A stretch of 63,273 nucleotides of DNA, the filler included, from Octopus bimaculoides (lineage: Eukaryota), in assembly GCF_001194135.2 (NCBI RefSeq). It is 6 parts of 6 records of this genome, joined end to end, with 100 filler letters (N's around TTAATTAATTAA, not from the genome) between each part and the next. Parts side by side here need not be neighbours in the genome. Positions count along the whole stretch, not along the records: positions 62,264 to 63,273 come from NC_068995.1; 5 more parts are not named here. One strand, 5' to 3'. Position 1 is the first letter of the stretch, and every line of letters begins with the position of its first letter. A model generated the notes under the pieces. That model searched no databases, was not told the DNA's origin, and saw nothing but the letters and a program-made list of their open reading frames with translations. The position numbers and the translations under genes were made by a program. Below are positions 63,070 to 63,273 of this stretch, one piece after another.

Positions 63070-63273
63070 CCACCCACCCGAGCTCTTCAAAGAGAAGGTT
63101 ATGGTGACTGTTTCGTGGTGTAATGCTGGACTCATCCACTATAACAACTGATAACCCGGAAAAACCATTACTACAGAAACATATTGCAATGAAATTGCCA
63201 AAAATGAATGAAAAACATCTACTCCTCCGTCCGAGACTGGTCAACAGAAGAAGGCCAATCAACACGCTTCACC
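63070..63273 (+). mobile_element. Mariner (DD34D, Hsmar1/cecropia-like) transposase fragment, runs off window
   Basis: KVMVTVSWCNAGLIHY..PGKTITTETYCNEI..MNEK..LRPRLVNRRRPI ~ mariner KKVMVTVWWSAAGLIHYSFLNPGETITSEKY; has stops and frameshifts. Confidence 0.85.

Overview
Eukaryotic, AT-rich, microsatellite-saturated draft-assembly scaffold with many N gaps and TTAATTAATTAA linkers. The repeat families and composition are most consistent with an octopus (coleoid cephalopod) genome; this is an inference from recalled repeat families, not a database hit. No prokaryotic operons, CRISPR arrays, rRNA or credible tRNA genes. Genes: (1) an intronless, divergent CCDC113/CFAP263-like coiled-coil ORF (250-1437); (2) a single-coding-exon gene (8898-13114, gap inside a 27-bp repeat) encoding CNBP-like CCHC zinc knuckles fused to a roughly 1,200-aa acidic Ser/Thr-rich disordered tail with three tandem-repeat modules; (3) a probable signal-peptide first coding exon (37573-37621), which would place the last ~25 kb in a long first intron. 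The rest is mobile DNA: several modular tRNA-headed SINE families, a CR1/L2-type LINE 3' end whose UTR matches a SINE tail, an RTE LINE with twin-priming-like inversion geometry, Penelope-like remnants (a GIY-YIG fragment and several hammerhead-ribozyme-like motifs), DD37D (maT) and Hsmar-like mariner relics, and Tc1/mariner and hAT MITEs. Best leads: the zinc-knuckle/IDR fusion gene and the hammerhead-bearing short repeats. Repeat boundaries were read by eye and are approximate.
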